A stretch of DNA of 17,025 nucleotides from the NCBI GenBank assembly GCA_019058295.1, contig JAHPZI010000011.1, forward strand, positions 1 to 17,025. The letters run 5' to 3'. Shown piece after piece: positions 16,249 to 17,025 of the stretch. The notes beneath the pieces were generated by a model. It saw only the letters and a program-made list of their open reading frames with translations. It did no database searches and was not told the DNA's origin. The stretch comes from Promethearchaeota archaeon. Lineage in GTDB: Archaea; Asgardarchaeota; Lokiarchaeia; Sigyniarchaeales; SOKP01. The number at the start of each line of letters is the position of its first letter. Position 1 is the first letter of the stretch. The position numbers were made by a program, and so were the translations under genes.

Positions 16249-17025
16249 ATGGCTGATGAATATGATTATCTTTTTAAATCAATAGTAGTTGGAGATGGAG
16301 GAGTTGGTAAAACTGCTCTAACTCTACGATTTTCAAAAGGTTTTTTCACAGAAGATTATAAAATGACTATTGGTGTTGATTTTCACGTTAAAACTATTTC
16401 CATCGATACACAAGAAGAAGGTCAAATAATGGTAAAATTACAAATATGGGATACGGGTGGTCAAGAAAGATTTAGCTCAATAAGACCTATGTATTATAGA
16501 GGCGCTTTAGGAGCCTTATTAATTTTCGATCTCACTTCATATGAGAGTTTTGAACATTTGCCTCAATGGATTGAAGAAATTAGGTCAAATATAAAAAATG
16601 AAGTGCCTTTCCTTCTCGTTGGAAATAAAAGCGATTTAGTTGATATTAGAGCCGTTTCTTTAGAGGAAATCAATGATTTTACAGAAAAATTTAATTTATA
16701 TTATATGGAAACTTCAGCTAAAACAGGTGAGGGTGTAGGCGATTGCTTTTACATTCTTGCTTGTCTAATGGTCGGTTCAGGAGTTCCGGATCAACTTGTG
16801 TCAAAAGGAATTGTTAGTAGCCCTGGTAATGTGCTTGCTGCGACTTCAGCTCCAGTTGCCACTCCTTTAACTCAACAAGAACCAGAAGAATTTCTCGCCT
16901 ATGTAATAGAACCTGAACCACAAAATGATTTTGTAGCTCCACCGGTTCCTGAACCACAAAATGACTTAGCAGCTCCACCGGTTCCTGAACCACAAAATGA
17001 CTTAGCAGCTCCACCGGTTCCTGAA
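16249..17025 (+). CDS. Rab-like small GTPase with a Pro-rich tandem-repeat C-terminal extension (3' truncated by the window end)
   Basis: Manual translation gives 259 codons with no stop: MADEYDYLFKSIVVGDGGVGKT (G1)...TIGVDF (G2/RabF1)...KLQIWDTGGQERFSSIRPMYYRGA (RabF2, G3, RabF3, RabF4)...LIFDLT (RabF5)...GNKSD (G4)...ETSAK (G5). Absent from the ORF track because it has no stop codon in the window. Confidence 0.96.
   Translation, partial: MADEYDYLFKSIVVGDGGVGKTALTLRFSKGFFTEDYKMTIGVDFHVKTISIDTQEEGQIMVKLQIWDTGGQERFSSIRPMYYRGALGALLIFDLTSYESFEHLPQWIEEIRSNIKNEVPFLLVGNKSDLVDIRAVSLEEINDFTEKFNLYYMETSAKTGEGVGDCFYILACLMVGSGVPDQLVSKGIVSSPGNVLAATSAPVATPLTQQEPEEFLAYVIEPEPQNDFVAPPVPEPQNDLAAPPVPEPQNDLAAPPVPE
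16912..17025 (+). repeat. 36-bp coding tandem repeat, at least 3 copies, encoding PEPQND(F/L)(V/A)APPV
   Basis: Units at 16912-16947, 16948-16983 and 16984-17019, plus the start of a fourth. Units 2 and 3 are identical (CCTGAACCACAAAATGACTTAGCAGCTCCACCGGTT). Confidence 0.95.

Noticed and set aside
16814-17014. 66-aa repetitive minus-strand ORF, and the possibility that the repeat is a CRISPR array
   Set aside because: It is the antisense reading of the GTPase tail. The units are contiguous with no spacers and preserve the + frame, so it is not CRISPR.

Overview
AT-rich archaeal DNA, most likely from a Lokiarchaeia/Promethearchaeota (Asgard) genome. This is an inference from archaeal-type 23S rRNA signatures, a very large ES39 expansion segment and a Rab-like GTPase. 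Bases 1-~1190 are the 3' third of a 23S rRNA gene. It has two oddities: a ~31-nt hairpin insertion in the loop of helix H91, with bulge-helix-bulge-like geometry and a 7-nt direct repeat, and a ~190-nt expansion at H98 (ES39). No 5S gene follows. The middle is a CoA/acyl/amino-acid metabolism neighbourhood: AMP-forming acyl-CoA synthetase (probable ATT start), DUF362 Fe-S protein, alpha/beta hydrolase, crotonase, ADP-forming acyl-CoA synthetase alpha subunit, and divergent ilvE/panB. It also holds an HxlR regulator, an unannotated HxlR gene fragment, a CPBP-fold membrane protein that has lost its catalytic residues, a sequon-rich cell-surface protein and several hypotheticals. The window ends inside a gene missing from the ORF track (16249->17025): a Rab-like small GTPase with all RabF motifs, fused to a Pro-rich 36-bp tandem-repeat tail. 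All calls come from reading motifs by eye; no searches were run.
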